The position numbers were made by a program, and so were the translations under genes. 49,888 nt of DNA. Source: Intoshia linei (Eukaryota; Animalia; Orthonectida). Each line of letters opens with the position of its first letter. Position 1 is the stretch's first letter. The notes under the pieces were generated by a model. That model saw nothing but the letters and a program-made list of their open reading frames with translations, did not search any database and was not told the DNA's origin. The DNA lies in NCBI GenBank assembly GCA_001642005.1, contig LWCA01000123.1, positions 1 to 49,888 of the forward strand, written 5' to 3'. Below are positions 10,398 through 24,138 of the stretch, one piece after another.

Positions 10398-13300
10398 ATG
10401 TCTGAACAAAGTATTTTATTGATAAAATATGCGGAAATGGGCGATTCCGCCCCCATGCAAAAATTGATTAATGAATCATTCCAATTGATTGATTTCTATT
10501 TTACCGACATTATGAACCGCAATGCAATGGATCTAGCTATAGAAAATGAACATTTGGGAGTTATTATACTTTAATGTAGACTAATAAACAATATATAGGT
10601 TATAGAAGTATTAATGAATTACATCCATTCAGACCAAATATACGCTAGTCTAATGCTTTCGATCAATTTAGACTTGGAAGATTTAGCAGTAGTCATTTTA
10701 AGGTATATTACTTAAAATTATATATTAAAACAATGGGTACTTAAATGTAACGACTATAAAGGTATGCTCGTCCAAAGACACTAACAAATTTTAACATTAA
10801 TAAAATCTATTAAACTTTCATTTCCGGTAGAATAATATTTTTCAGTACACCCAAATTTCTGAAATTTCTAAAAACTAATTGTAACACCATTCTCCACAGT
10901 ACAAACTAATGTTAGCAGTAAATTCACATAATTATTTATCATTTAGCCACCCAAGATGTGATTATGAGGAACAACATTATAGTCTCATCTCCAATATATC
11001 ATCCGAATTTACCCCTTTAACTTTGGCAGCATACAAAAACCAATATAGAATTGTAAAAATAATGCTGTCACGTGGTATGATGATTTATGAACCACATATT
11101 GTTGACTGCAGGTGTGGAGATTGTCTAAAAAACGAACAGTTTGATGGGTTACTGTTTGCTCGATACCGTCTGAATACCTACCGTGGTTTATCATCTCAAG
11201 CCTATATTTGCTTGTTCAGCAACGATCCTATATTGACATCGTTTTTACTAGCCAATCTATTCAAAAAACTGTCCAATATAGAAAAACATTATAACGTAAA
11301 TTTTATTATGACATTTATTTATATTAATACTGTATATATTTCATGTTTGTTTTTCAATTCATATAAGAAACTGATTGTTTGTTCATGTTTAAAGACCGTA
11401 GAGATGATTATGGCATATGACGGATCTATGATTCTAAATTTCATATTTTATTTGAATCTCACGGATCTCAGGTATATAGTTTCGGACACCTATGGGGTCC
11501 AGGGACCCCAACCCGGTAACCACTGATGTATGATGAAGTGTATTTATTTTTTATGCAATTCATAATCACCATATTATTGAACTGTCGATGTAAGAAGTTT
11601 GAAACTAATTTATAAAATTTTTTAAAATAAAAAATAAAAAAAAACTTTTTTATAAAATAAACTCAAATATCTTTGCGGTTCACGGGTTAAGAATCACTGG
11701 AATAAAGGAATTACTCATTTTTTAATTAGTACATAAGTTCCTGCCACATTCATATTTCATCCTCATTTTCACCGATTTTTGCCTCTACACGGCCGTGTCT
11801 TCAATGTATTTTTATTATTTTTACTAAAACTCTCATAATTCATACTTCATACCCAATCTCCAATTTCAGTTATTGGTGTAGATCAGTACTTCTCAAAGGG
11901 TCCACAGTAGGGATTGTGATTTCCCAGGAATAATAAAAAATTTTTATTCATATATAATATAGAAGCATTAAAAATTTTAGAAACAAAAAAAAATTTAATT
12001 AATGAAATAACACGAATGTAGATTGAAATTTACAAATTTAATTAGAAAAAAATTTATTTATTTAGATTGTTGAAAAAGTGTTTTAAAACACACATAATAT
12101 TGATAGATTGGTCTTTTAAAAGCATTTTACGTTTTGTAACGAAATTAGAAGCAGTAGAGAAATTTCTTTCATTTTATTTTGACATAGGTTGAACGGTCAT
12201 AAGGCTTCCCTTAATTTTAACAATCTTGATAATAGCGTTCCAATTCGTAACAACTCATAATATTTTTCAAAATAATATTGGAAAAAGAGGATAATTCCCT
12301 TAAGCGTTAGTAATTTGTGGTTTGAATAAGAGGTTTTTAAAAAAGTATTAGATATTTTTCCATTAAGAACTGGAAAATTAGATTTTTTATTTGTGGTTTG
12401 ATGAAGTAGATTTTTGTCATAAAATTTCGTAAAATCGGATTTTTGAAAAGAATATCGGTGTAAGTCAATTTTTCCATAAGGGCTTAGAATGGTATTGTTG
12501 ATTAAATTTTATTAGTGGTGGAATTTTTGAAATGGTAAATTTTAAATACATTCTAATATAATATAATCATATTTTCATAGTAATAACAAATATAAATCAA
12601 ATACAGGTATGTCTCAATTTTTTTCAATTTTCGGGAAATCCCGGGAAATTATTAAATATCCCAGAAATTTTGTCCCGGTTTTTTTCCCGGCACAATCACT
12701 AGTTCATAGTAGTTCACACTATATAACATGAGTTTCCGCTATAGTAATGTATTATTTCAGGAATTAAAACATCACTAAATCCAACTCCAAAAGAGAAAAT
12801 TCAAATTTACCAACACTTGAGGGAAAAATCCCATTTACCAACCCTTAATGAAAAAATCTACTTAATCCAACCAAAAAGAAAAAAATCCACTTTTTTAAAT
12901 TTTTCTTCGAAAATTGCGATTTTATCAAACCATCCGAGAAAACACCTCTTATCTTTCGCGTATTCAGACATTTTTTGATTAAAATTATTTTTTATGATGC
13001 CACAATTTCCACGTTGACCTGAAAAACTGTATAAGAAAATTCATGTTTGTAAAAAGTTTGTTTGTTTAAGTAATTAACGTCAATTTAAAGTTCCAAACTG
13101 CATATGCAGTTCATGAATGTAAGAGTGTTAATTCAAATAATAAAAATTAAATCGTTTATTTCAATAATTAAGGGTCTTAGAGTTTTTAAAATTCCACTCT
13201 TCTATTACAGTTTTTTTCGATGCTGAAATTAAGATCAATTATAATCTCAGAAACTTATATCTCATCCGTCAAAAGTCCCACTTATCCTTTTTTTAAAAAT

Positions 13301-16300
13301 CAAACGAGTCCTATAGTTTAAAAAATATAGACTCTGATACTGACTTTAAAATTATGATAATTGTCTTTAATTTTTTTAAAACATTTAATTTTCAAAAATT
13401 TATGTCTTCAAAACCAAAACCTCAAATTACCCTTTTTACAAAAAATAAAAATAGTCCCAGAAATTTAAAAAAAAATACAGTTCATATATAAAGTAAAGAT
13501 TAGTGTAATTATAATTGATAATTTTAAATACGGTACCAGAATTTATGTTTTTTAAATTGTAAAAATTTTTTTAAGTCACGAAAAAAGATATCATTTTAAT
13601 GTACAAATTTAAAGGAATTAGGATGGTATAGAAAGTGTGTATATATATTTGAAAATATTTATTGTATTTATTCAATTTTTTAGAGTGAATACATAGAAAT
13701 GGAACAAAAATTACATATATTTAGTAAAACATTATTGGATTATATTCATTTAACTGAAGAAGTTGAGGTAGTATTGAATGATATAGGCGATATAAACAAA
13801 CCACCTCCTAAAAAAAATACAAATTTAAATAGATTAAGAATAGCTCTAAATTACAACGAAAAACATGTAATTTTTAAAAAATATTTTTGATACTAAAAAA
13901 CAGGTGTTTCAAAAATTAATATAGCAATATTCTATAATTATTGCAATTTTAGATAATTACAATATAAGATATCAAAATTTAGTTTGTAGCTCATTCAATC
14001 TGTCAGAAAAAGATTACCACTCTATGGTACGGGGAAGCATCTTTTCTGAGAAACAGAAGTCTAAAAAACATACTCCTATTTACTCTGTTTTTTATTTTCG
14101 TATATCCAGTATCATTTGTCATTCAATTAATTGCTCCAAAATCCACCGTAATTTGACAGTAATCCATTCACTTTTATTTTTATATTTTAGGTTGGTTCGT
14201 GGTGCAGAATACCTTTTGTTAAATTTATTACTCATTGTTTATTTTTTGCAATTTTTCTAATTTTTATATTAATTAATGCAATGAACAATAGTGATCAAGT
14301 TAACGAACAAATGACATTTCAATTTTATAATATCACTTTTGAATATTTTGATACATCAATTTCTATCAGTTCATTCCGACAATTTAAATCAAATACTTTT
14401 GAATATTTTGTTTTTTTATTCATAATTGGTAATATTTTAAAAGTAATTGTATAATTATTATAATGATGATTATGTAGGTATATTTTTTCAAGAAATTATT
14501 CAGTTGTATCACGTCGGGTTTGCTGATTATGCTGTATCTCCCTTTAATATTATTGATAGTTTCAGTTTGATGCTGTATTTTATCACATTTGCCTTAAGAT
14601 ATGTTTCCTTTTATTATGTAATTTTATTTTTTATTGTAAAATAATTTTTTTCAATTTAGACAATGAAAGGGTTTGTATATTTCAAAAGTAATTTGAATAA
14701 TTTGGTTTTATTACATAATTTCGACAATGACGCTATAACTCATTATTATTGGATTAATGGAGGTTGATATACATTTTTTACAATTCAATATATTTATAGA
14801 TCGAAAGAGGTGGTTTTACAGTGATCCATATATTGTAAGCGAAACTACATATGCTATTGCTAATTTTCTCAGTTTTACCAAACTATCCAGTTATTTAGCC
14901 GCCGATGAACATTTGGGTCCACTACAATTGGCTTTGATGAGAATGATCAATGTAATAATCCATACTAATCAATAATCTTAAATTTAGGATTTTTTAAAAT
15001 TCTTGGCAGTTCTACTTATTATTATGTTTGGCTTTGTGGTAATACATTATGTATTCATATTAATATTCTTACTCGCGTAAAATCAAATGGCTATATCAGC
15101 GGTAGGGCTCGCAAAAAACCGAAAATTTTAAAACCGATTTTATTCGACTATCATTTATATAAAACCGATTTCAAGCCCTAATCAGCGGTTACAAAAATAC
15201 TTGCAGTGCCTTTGTTACTAGAATAATTGTAAATGTAGTTATTGTTATCTACATTACTCTGAAGGACTCAATTTCGGAAAATAGCATTTACGATACTGTG
15301 TCACTCTCGAAAACGGTATTATTAGTGGGATTTTTTATAATTTAGGAATTAATTTTTTAAATTAACGATAACACACTAATACATACAATTTTATCCAAAC
15401 AAACGATTGAGTTAATGTAAAAAGTGTATGTCTATGTGTCTACGTGTCTGTGTGTCTGTTGTCATTTAATTAATAAAAGTCGTAAAATTTTAAAAATACC
15501 AATTTCTAATACAGTTATTCGAGGATAAGATTTTATCGCACATTTTATTGTTGAAATTGGTCCTTCAGAGTCAAAAACACAAAGTATCTTTTTTAAAATC
15601 AAACTAGTCATAGAATTAAAAATAATATTCAATCTGGTACAGATTTTAAAACTAAATTTAGATTGCTTTACGTAATCTTTACTGGTACTATCATAAAGAC
15701 ATAATAGACAGTGCTTTTGGAACGTTATTATTTCAATAAAATGATTCAAATACATTTTAGATATGAAAGTTCGTTTAAAACAATATTTTGGTCTTTATTT
15801 GGCATGTCAGATCTGATTTCAATGGAAATATCGAAAGACTATGATGCTGGAATATTAACGAACCGTGCTGGCTTAATAATGTTTGGGTTATACAATTTTA
15901 TTGCAGTTATCATTCTATGTAATTGAATGATTTCATAAAATATTATATTAAATTTTCATTAAAATACAAATCTATTTAGTAAACATGCTTATTGCAATGA
16001 TGACAAAGTCATATGAAAATATTAAAGTAATTATACAAATGATACAAGATTAAATTGTAACTTTTCTGATATAGAACGATTCAGATACTGAATGGAAATA
16101 TGCTCGAACAAAGTTGTATTTAGAATACACCAAGGGTGGGGTCGGAATGCCAATAATTTTAAATTTGATTCCAAACGTTTCATATTTTTTCAGAAAAGTT
16201 TTCAAAGTGGAATTATGGAAATATGTCACAGTAATCTTTAAAATTTCATTGTTAACTGTAATATTTTTAGAAAAAATGTAGTTGTTTGAGAAGAAAAGAT

Positions 16301-19131
16301 AAAAAATCCATTACCCCTCTACACAATGACAAGAAAAGTTCCATCAATGCCGGGAGAACGTATTTTGTAAGATTTTAAATTATGCATATTTTTATAATTT
16401 ATATCTTCAATTCATATCAATATGTTATATGTTTGTTTTAACCTATAAAAACAAAAAAATTCACGTAGTGTTGTTTTTTTTTGTTAAATTTTCTTCTGAA
16501 CAGTAATGAAATCTCTTATTAGGCATAATAATAATAGTTCTGGGGTCTTGTCAGTTGTACCAACGTTATATAAATTTTAAAACATAATTGTATTGCCATT
16601 ATAAGATAGTTCTGTTGTAGAACAAGCAGCGTGGTTCTATGTCCGTATATATCTAATTCAGGGTTTCTTAACCTTTTTTAAATTTAGTACCCCGTTAGTC
16701 AACTATTTCTAGTACATCTATAAAAAATAAAAAAGTGGTCCACTAGGTGCAAAAGATTTCCGATCCCTAGTTTAAGTCTTAATAAAGATGTATAAAAAAG
16801 TGTATTATTTGTTATATAAAATCAAATATTTTTTAATATTATCTTTTAAATAGTTTCTTTGTTTTGTTAGTAGGTGGTTTAATAAGCTGAAGCTCCTTTC
16901 GACTGCAATTGAGGTTGACGGGGCATTCCGTAAATAGCTGTATAAAATTGGAGGTTTCGATTGATCAACGTTAATCATAATATTTGTAATGTCGTTCTTT
17001 TTCAATCTGTTTATAACATAGTCATTGATATTGGCTGGGTCTGGGAAGAAATTGATATCATTCATGAGCTTGAATGATTTTTCAATACTAAAGTTGTTTT
17101 CTTCGGTCCTATCAATAATATCAATTAAAGATTGATAGCCACTTAATTCAATTAATTCATGATGCAAATTTGAATTTGACAATGCTTTCTTTGCTCTTTG
17201 CATAATAACCCCCTCACCATCGATACCATCAATTATATCTTTAAAATTTTTTAAATTATGCATATAATAGACACTAGCTTTAAGCTAGCTACCCCATCTA
17301 GTTATAATGGGTCGAGGTGGATATCCAATATTATGGAATAACCCTCGAATATCTTTATTTTTTAAAGTAAGAAATTTGAATCCTCGTGATTAATTCATCA
17401 ACAAGTACGTATTTTTATTACGTGCTATAAAAACTATTACATAAATTAAAATATTTTTTTTATAACATCTTTTTGTTGCTTTTATATATTCGATAAACAT
17501 ATTTGTTAACTGCAATAATGTATAATTTAAATATTATACTTTAATAAAGCTTATATGTTCATTTCTATCATTTATTGATTATGTTCGATATTTATAGGGT
17601 GGTTTTTAAAAATATCAAAATACTATTTTTACTTTGAATTTTAAGGCATCATTTTTTTATTTTTTAGAGGGGTGCTAAATTTAAAAAAGGTTAAGAAATC
17701 TGATCTAGAGAAAAGCACTAATTAAATTATATAAATATTTATTTAAAAGCAATTTTTAACTTCTCACTAGAAAACGAAAAAAAATTATATTTAAATTACC
17801 GTGCAGCATCAATTAAGAATAAGCAAAATTGTTCACGAGTTAGATCCAAATTTTTAATTATATCATCAAAAGTATGAATGACCATTTGTCCGTTCATACT
17901 ACTTGTAATATTTTTACAATCATATAATATTACATTCTGAGATTTTTCTAATGTTCCGATCATAGTATTAATGGTAACTAGTATTAAAATAATTTAACTT
18001 TTAAAAATAAAATTTAACTTTTGAAAATATTTTTTAATTTTATTAACTTTATTAACTTAACTTTAATTAGCCAATTAATACACCCAAAATTATTATCATT
18101 ATGATTGTAATTTAATGCTTATGAACATATCAAAATTTTCCCTAGTTAAAAAATAATCGCCCTAGTTATAACTCAGCGTTTCCTAAATGCCAGTTTGCGA
18201 ACCAGTACTGATTCGTGAAAAAATTTCACTAATTAGAAGTCAATTAATGCGTTTTTTATTTATTTTTTTTAAAGGTTGCCTAGTAATTGTCATTTAATGC
18301 CCTCACGTGAAAAAAGTGATGGAACCCCTATTATGACTGATATGTGTAATATATTTTTTACTTACATAACATTGAATGTCTATGTGTCTGTTTGTCCGTG
18401 TGTTTATATTTTTAAATAAAAGAGTACATTGGATTTTTCACCCTGATATTAACTCAAATTCATCAACTGAAAAATAAACATCAACATTCCCCGCGAAAAA
18501 CTTAAAAGTAGATATTTGGTTTTTTAAATTCTATAACAGTTGCCGTCAATTTTTTAAATATACGGTAACAGACACACATACGTTCAATTTTATATAAGTA
18601 AAGGATTAGTTATTTTTCTTTTAAAAATACACATTTTCTAACTGACAGCTTTATCAAAAGCTTATTTATTTTATTTTACATATGTGACAACATAAAATAT
18701 GTGAATAATTATTAATATTTAGACAATAGTTAAGAATTTGGTTCAATGTTACATTAATGATCACAAACATGTTAGCTCGCGACATCAGAGTATATTTATT
18801 TTATTATTATTCAATAATTTATAAAGATGACATCAAGGAAATGAAACAGGACATGACTGGCATACGATACGACATATCAAACGACGTCAAAAGATACAAC
18901 GAGAATTTGAAAAGTAAATTAATGGATTCAAATGTCACCCTTGTTGACAAAATAACTAATGTACATGAAAACCTGATTAAATATATGAAGCAAAATGAAC
19001 AATTTCAATCAAATTATGAAAATTACGTAATCAATTATGATGAACATCAAGTTTTTTTGGATAATCAGGATGATGATGACTATACACAAAATATCAAACA
19101 ATTAACAAAAATGTTAATAAATATTAAATAA
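10398..19131 (+). CDS. TRPC: Canonical TRP (TRPC-family) cation channel, multi-exon
   Basis: Ankyrin exon (YAEMGD...DIMNRNAMDLAIENEH), TRP_2 domain (TPLTLAA...PHIVDCRCGDC...RYRLNTYRGLSS...DPILTSF), FVAHSICQ, HLGPLQLALMRM, DFLKFL, LRNLYWYY, pore TIFWSLFG, S6 LLNMLIAMM, TRP box EWKYAR, and C-terminal DDIKEMKQD. Stop at 19129-19131. Confidence 0.93.
11908..12701. mobile_element. hAT-type MITE nested inside another MITE within a TRPC intron
   Basis: TIRs TAGGGATTGTG / CACAATCACTA. Flanks gtccacag / gttcatag match 6/8. The host element begins CAGTACTTCTCAAA at about 11884. Confidence 0.65.
15103..15180. mobile_element. 78-bp hAT (Ac/Ds-like) mini-MITE
   Basis: TIRs TAGGGCTCG / CAAGCCCTA. Perfect 8-bp TSD ATCAGCGG (15095-15102 and 15181-15188). 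Three internal AAACCGA motifs. Confidence 0.85.
16659..17702 (-). mobile_element. hAT-type element with about 35-bp TIRs carrying a degenerate transposase fragment
   Basis: CAGGGTTTCTTAACCTTTTTTAAATTTAGTACCCC versus GGGGTGCTAAATTTAAAAAAGGTTAAGAAATCTG. ORF 16805-17263 contains APSTSIAVERSFS (hAT dimerisation motif). Upstream PPRPIITRWGS* is interrupted by a stop. Confidence 0.8.
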
Positions 19132-19439
19132 ATCAAAATAATTATTTTTGAACGGGAATCCGTCGATTATTTGGTTAAAATTTTTTTCTAGGTCAACTGG
19201 AATAAACTATATCAAAATAATATTTTTTTTAGATTCTAGGACTTTGTTATTGAATATTTTTTGTAGTTATTTTAGTAGTATAACATAGTTTAGAAATAAA
19301 AAAAATGAATATTAAGTGATTTATTGACCTTAAATGCGTCAATTTGTCAGATTCACTATAAGGCAGTGTTTCCCAACCTTATTTATGCTAGACCCCACTT
19401 TCACTCTATAAAAAATCCCAGGTCCCACTGAAAAAAATA

Positions 19440-20310
19440 AGCTTATAGTGTAAGCTGTAATTTTTTTAAAAATATTGGACTATTTTCATGTTTAAAAAAC
19501 AATAATCTGGGTTTTGATCGTAAAAATGCACTTTTTTAATGTTTCGATTTTAAAAAATATATCAGCATGTATGTTCTATAAAATAACGGGAGATTCTTAA
19601 AACAAAACGTAATTTGTGGTTTTGACCAAGATGTGCGTTTCTGATGCTGATATTTGCGACAATCCTAATGAATATAAAACGCGTGCCAGAATTTATTTTT
19701 AAAAAAGGGTAAATTGGGTTTATGACCATAAATCTCCATTTCTGAAATGACATTTACAATAAAATATCATTCTCGAAAAACGGTATTATAAATGTTGTTT
19801 TTTAACTTGATATAACTGTATAATCTGTAATTTTTTTTAAAATCTAGGGTTGTTTTCATTTTTATAAAAAAGGTAATCATGGTTTATGATAGTAAAAATT
19901 ACCTATTTTTAGGTTACCATTTATGATAATGATTATGAATTTAAAAACCATCCCAGATCCTATGTTATATAAAATTCCAGGACTTTCTTAATTTTTCAAA
20001 AAAGGGTAATTTGTGGTTATGACAGTGAAGATATAAAATTTTGAAATTGAAAATTATGTTAATATTGATGAATTTAAAACGTTTTATTAGAATGTGTATT
20101 TTTTATAATACTGGGACGGTTTTGAAGTTAAAAACAAAGCCAATTAGAATTTTTAACCTTTTAGGACTCAATTTCTAAAATTGAAATTTGCGCTAAAACA
20201 CCACTCTGGAAAAACTGTTATAAGAATATGGACTTTGTAAAACTCGACTGCCCTTACTTTCTTAAATAAGCTGGAACAAATATATAAATAAACAAATAAA
20301 CAGACATACA
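19440..20310 (-). repeat. Helitron-like repeat with several internal diverged tandem units of about 110-120 bp
   Basis: Repeated AAAAGGGTAATTTGTGGTTTTGACC...TTTAAAA..TCCCAGAAT units. Homologous blocks at about 2680-3005, 7790-8230, 25230-25795, 39400-39700, 41130-41885 and 48870-49220; inverse copies at about 7000-7260, 13150-13500 and 47100-47762. Confidence 0.7.
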
Positions 20311-20779
20311 TTTTTAACCATTTTACTTCATATAATTAAGGCCAACAATAAATAGATTACAGCAGCTTAAACATCATCAATAATTTTTTGAATTAAAAAA
20401 CAAAATTTTTAGAATTTTACATGTATTTATAAACCAAATTATCAACCAAATGAACTTTATTCAACGAAATTCAAAGATATTAAAAAAACACTTACCAATA
20501 AAGAAATGTATCCTTGTTCGAGGAATTTCTAGTTTTATTAATTTTGAAAAGATTGATAAATCAGATATATCCCATTTAAAAGACAGATTTCTCGTTAAAA
20601 ATATATTTCCCAGTGATAGGTAATTTATTACGATAATTAATAAATAAATATGCATACAATTATAAGTCAGTGATTGTCATTTTTGTTCATTTACATTAAT
20701 AAACAAAATGATGTTGGTAGTAAAATTGTTTTTTTATCACTTCTTTCATTTCACAACCGGGTCCGGTTGCGAATGACTA

Positions 20780-23272
20780 ATGCAATTAAACACGTTATGG
20801 CGAGAACAAAACAAGTATTTAATTTATTTCATTAATTCATTGAATTTAAATTAGAGTTGACCAACTTAATAATCTTTTACGTGAAAGACAGACTGTTTAC
20901 CTAGGAATAGACGCCACATCAAATTCATTACACTTGGGTCATTTGATTCCTCTCTTAACATGTTTCCATCTCAATATGATGGGACATGGAGTTATTATTT
21001 TGATTGGTAATTTTTATTAATAAAAATAAGAATAAATTTCCCAATGTTTTTATATACAAATGGATTTATATTAGCCATATAACGCCGAACCTACAATACC
21101 AGAGTGACCTCTTTTGACGAAAAATTTCTGAAGTGGCGCCTAACTTTTGCAAATTGAGCATTTAATATGATTTTATTTTTGAATATCATTAATATTTTGT
21201 GTATCAAATTTAACATGAAAGTTTAGACCAGTGGAGGGGCTAGAGTAATATGCATGGTGTGTGAAAAAAATGCATATTTTTATAGACCTATTTTTGATTT
21301 TCTGTCTCTAATTTGGTAGGGTGGGCTCGGTAATTGATCTAAGCCTAGTGCTCTATGATAATTTTTCATAGCAAGAATTGCAAACTTTTAAATTAACTTA
21401 TAGGTGATTGTACGGCTTGTATTGGAGATCCTAGTGGTCATACGAAAGATAGAAATGTAGATGATAAAATTAAATATAATGCCAAATGTTTGTCTGATTC
21501 AGTCAATTCTATCTATAATAATATAAACCGGGATATAGAATTAACGTCAGATTTTAGGTTATTATAAATTGCAATACTTATAATTATTTTAAACATTTTA
21601 AATTTAGAATTTTATTCAATTCAGAGTGGTACAATGATATTAATTGCATAGATTTCGTTTCCAATGCTTGTAAAAATATTAGAACAAAAACATTACTTAC
21701 TCGTGAGAGGTTTTTATTAAATTAAAGATTTATTAAAGATTAATCCTTTTTTTGATAAAGTTTTTTAAGGGTTGCAAAAAAATAATAAAATGTCCTTTTT
21801 GTGGGTTACAAAAAGATTAAACCTTTATTAAAATACTTTTACCTTGATATTACTAAATAGCGTTAAACAGCGAATGAAAAGTCAACATGGTCTTTCACTG
21901 TCTGAATTTATTTATCCCGTGTTCCAAGCTTATGATTGGTATCACATGTTAAGAAAATATCAAGTGAAAATTCAAATTGGTGGAGACGACCAACATGGGA
22001 ATATACTGACTGGGTTTGAATATATTAGAAGAAATTTGTCTGAATTTGTATTTGGTCTAACTACTCCACTTTTGACGGATTCCACCGGCGCAAAAATTGG
22101 AAAATCAAGTGAAAACGCTTCTCTAGTCAATTTGTCACCTGATAAAACACTTCCGTACACCTTTTATCAAGTATTTTTAACTTTGTGTTAATTTTAAAAA
22201 TAAATTTTAGAATTTTTACAATACACCAGATTTCATGTTAGACGTGTATTTACGTCAATTTACCTTTTTATCTGAAAATTTTATTGAAAATTTGTTACAA
22301 AATCATAAAGTATGTATGTAATTGTAATCAGTGTTCTCTTTAAGTATCCATATTGGGAATTTTATAATTCTGGCTAAACGTAGAAGCAACACATTACTAA
22401 TAATTTTTAGTAATAAATTATTCATGCCTTGGTCCCCCTATTGAATAAACGTATCTATAAAAATTTATCGAGACTTAAAGAAAATACTGTATAGATTATA
22501 TACTATAGAACATATTTAACAATGAACAATTTAGAAACAACCCCATCTACGTTTGGGTCAAAAAACTCTTGCAAATTCACTATTAAAATTAGTTCATGGA
22601 GGTTTTAATGCTAAAGATAATGATTAATATATGCAGAGCCGAACCTACCCAACTTGAGACTGAAACTGAAAAATAGGTCCCTAAAAAATTCGCACACGAA
22701 AAAGTGTCATATAGCCTTATCCACTTTTCTAAGGCTCTCGGATTGACATTTCAAATTTACCACACATAATTAATATTGACGAGTACATTTTTTAATGCTC
22801 AATTTGGAAAAATGCGGCTCCGAAGAGGTGTCTCTGGGTAGGGTAGGTGGCACTGAATTTTATTTATTTATTTTATTTAATTTAGAAAAAATTTTAAAAG
22901 ACGTAATAGAATTGACAGAATTGATAAACTCGAAAGATGTTCAATTATTATCAAATATTTATAAAAATGACTTAATTCGACTTTTTAAATATTTATACAT
23001 TGAGCTTGAATTTTTTCCAATAAATTTACAAAAATTACTCGAAACTTGTAAACTTTTTGAAAAAAACGGTAAAATATGCATAATGTATTCTTATTTCATT
23101 TATGAAAAATGTAGATATTTCTAAAATTAAAAGTGGTACAATATACGTCAATTTTAAACAGATTAAGGATCAAAATTATAATGTCACTATGAATGATGTT
23201 TTGACCAACGGATCTACTCTGATTAAATATGGAAAGTCAAAATATATATTAATTGTTTGGATTAAACATTAA
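20780..23272 (+). CDS. YARS2: Tyrosyl-tRNA synthetase, mitochondrial/bacterial type; start codon uncertain
   Basis: TVYLGIDATSNSLHLGHL (HIGH motif), IGDPSG, NSEWY, LSEFIYPVFQAYDW, QIGGDDQHGNI, KIGKS (KMSKS motif), and an S4-like C-terminus GTIYVN...LIKYGKSKYILIVW. Stop at 23270-23272. Confidence 0.93.
22634..22855. mobile_element. MITE in a YARS2 intron; its right end recurs at about 23450-23517
   Basis: Left end CAGAGCCGAACCTACCC, right end GGGTAGGGTAGGTGGCACTG. About 66 bp are near-identical to 23450-23517, with a related piece at about 21080-21165. TSD weak. Confidence 0.55.
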
Positions 23273-23633
23273 TATAAACTTTATATAATAAAGTATTCTT
23301 TAACCCTGTAGGTCCTACAATATGAAAATATAATTCATATGGGTTGGGTTACCTATATCTGTGTCTAGCCAATTTTTGGACAATATAAAATAATCTGTTG
23401 AAAGATTTGACGTAATATATAATTGTTACATGTAGACATGATGTAGTTAATTTTTAATGCTCAATTTGGAAAAATGCAACTCCGAAAAGGTGTCTCTGGG
23501 TAGGGTAGGTGGCACTGACATTTATTTCAAATTAATTTAAAGAAACATTACATTTTATTTACAAGTTCATTATGATTTGTAACCATGTTAAGATTTTGAT
23601 TTTTGAGTAATTTACATAGAAGCTAAACGATAA

Positions 23634-24094
23634 ATGTCGAGTAATTAAAAACAATAATACAGTACTATAAAATTAGTTTAAATTACGATAGCCAACTTTT
23701 TGAATAAACATTGTTTAATCAAAACTTTAGGAGGAAATAGACGTGAAACTGACAGAAAACGAGCTGAAAAACGACACGAAGGCAACAAAAAAAAAACGGA
23801 GACATTGTCGCATGCCAAAAGAAAAGAATTGTAAGTTATAATATTATTATGAGAGTACAACATTTTTGTAACACTATCCAACTTGTACTAAACCATTTTA
23901 TGTAAAATTTAAATATAAAGATTTTCGTCATAAACTCAGTTCACAGAAAACTAATGACTCATGGCAGACCAAATGACTTTAAAAATATAAATTAAATTAG
24001 GGACGCTGCAATTATGAGAAAGAAAGTAGAAGAACATAAATTAAAAGATGCAGAAAATGAAAAAATGCAACAATGTAAAAGTGATACAAAATAA
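23634..24094 (+). CDS. SERF: Small EDRK-rich factor (4F5/MOAG-4 family), 66 aa, 3 exons
   Basis: Exons 23634-23640 (ATGTCGA), 23731-23830 and 24001-24094 splice in frame to MSRGNRRETDRKRAEKRHEGNKKKTETLSHAKRKELDAAIMRKKVEEHKLKDAENEKMQQCKSDTK*. This matches the MxRGNQRE...RK.RDA.IMR.K consensus, and the 7-nt first coding exon is typical of SERF genes. Confidence 0.88.
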
Positions 24095-24138
24095 TTTATT
24101 TGTTCATATACATATTTTTACTATTAAACATTGTACCT

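Noticed and set aside
20780-23272. Bacterial-type TyrRS as horizontal transfer
   Set aside because: It has multiple spliceosomal introns, host-like composition and a YARS2-like C-terminus, so it is the ordinary mitochondrial enzyme.
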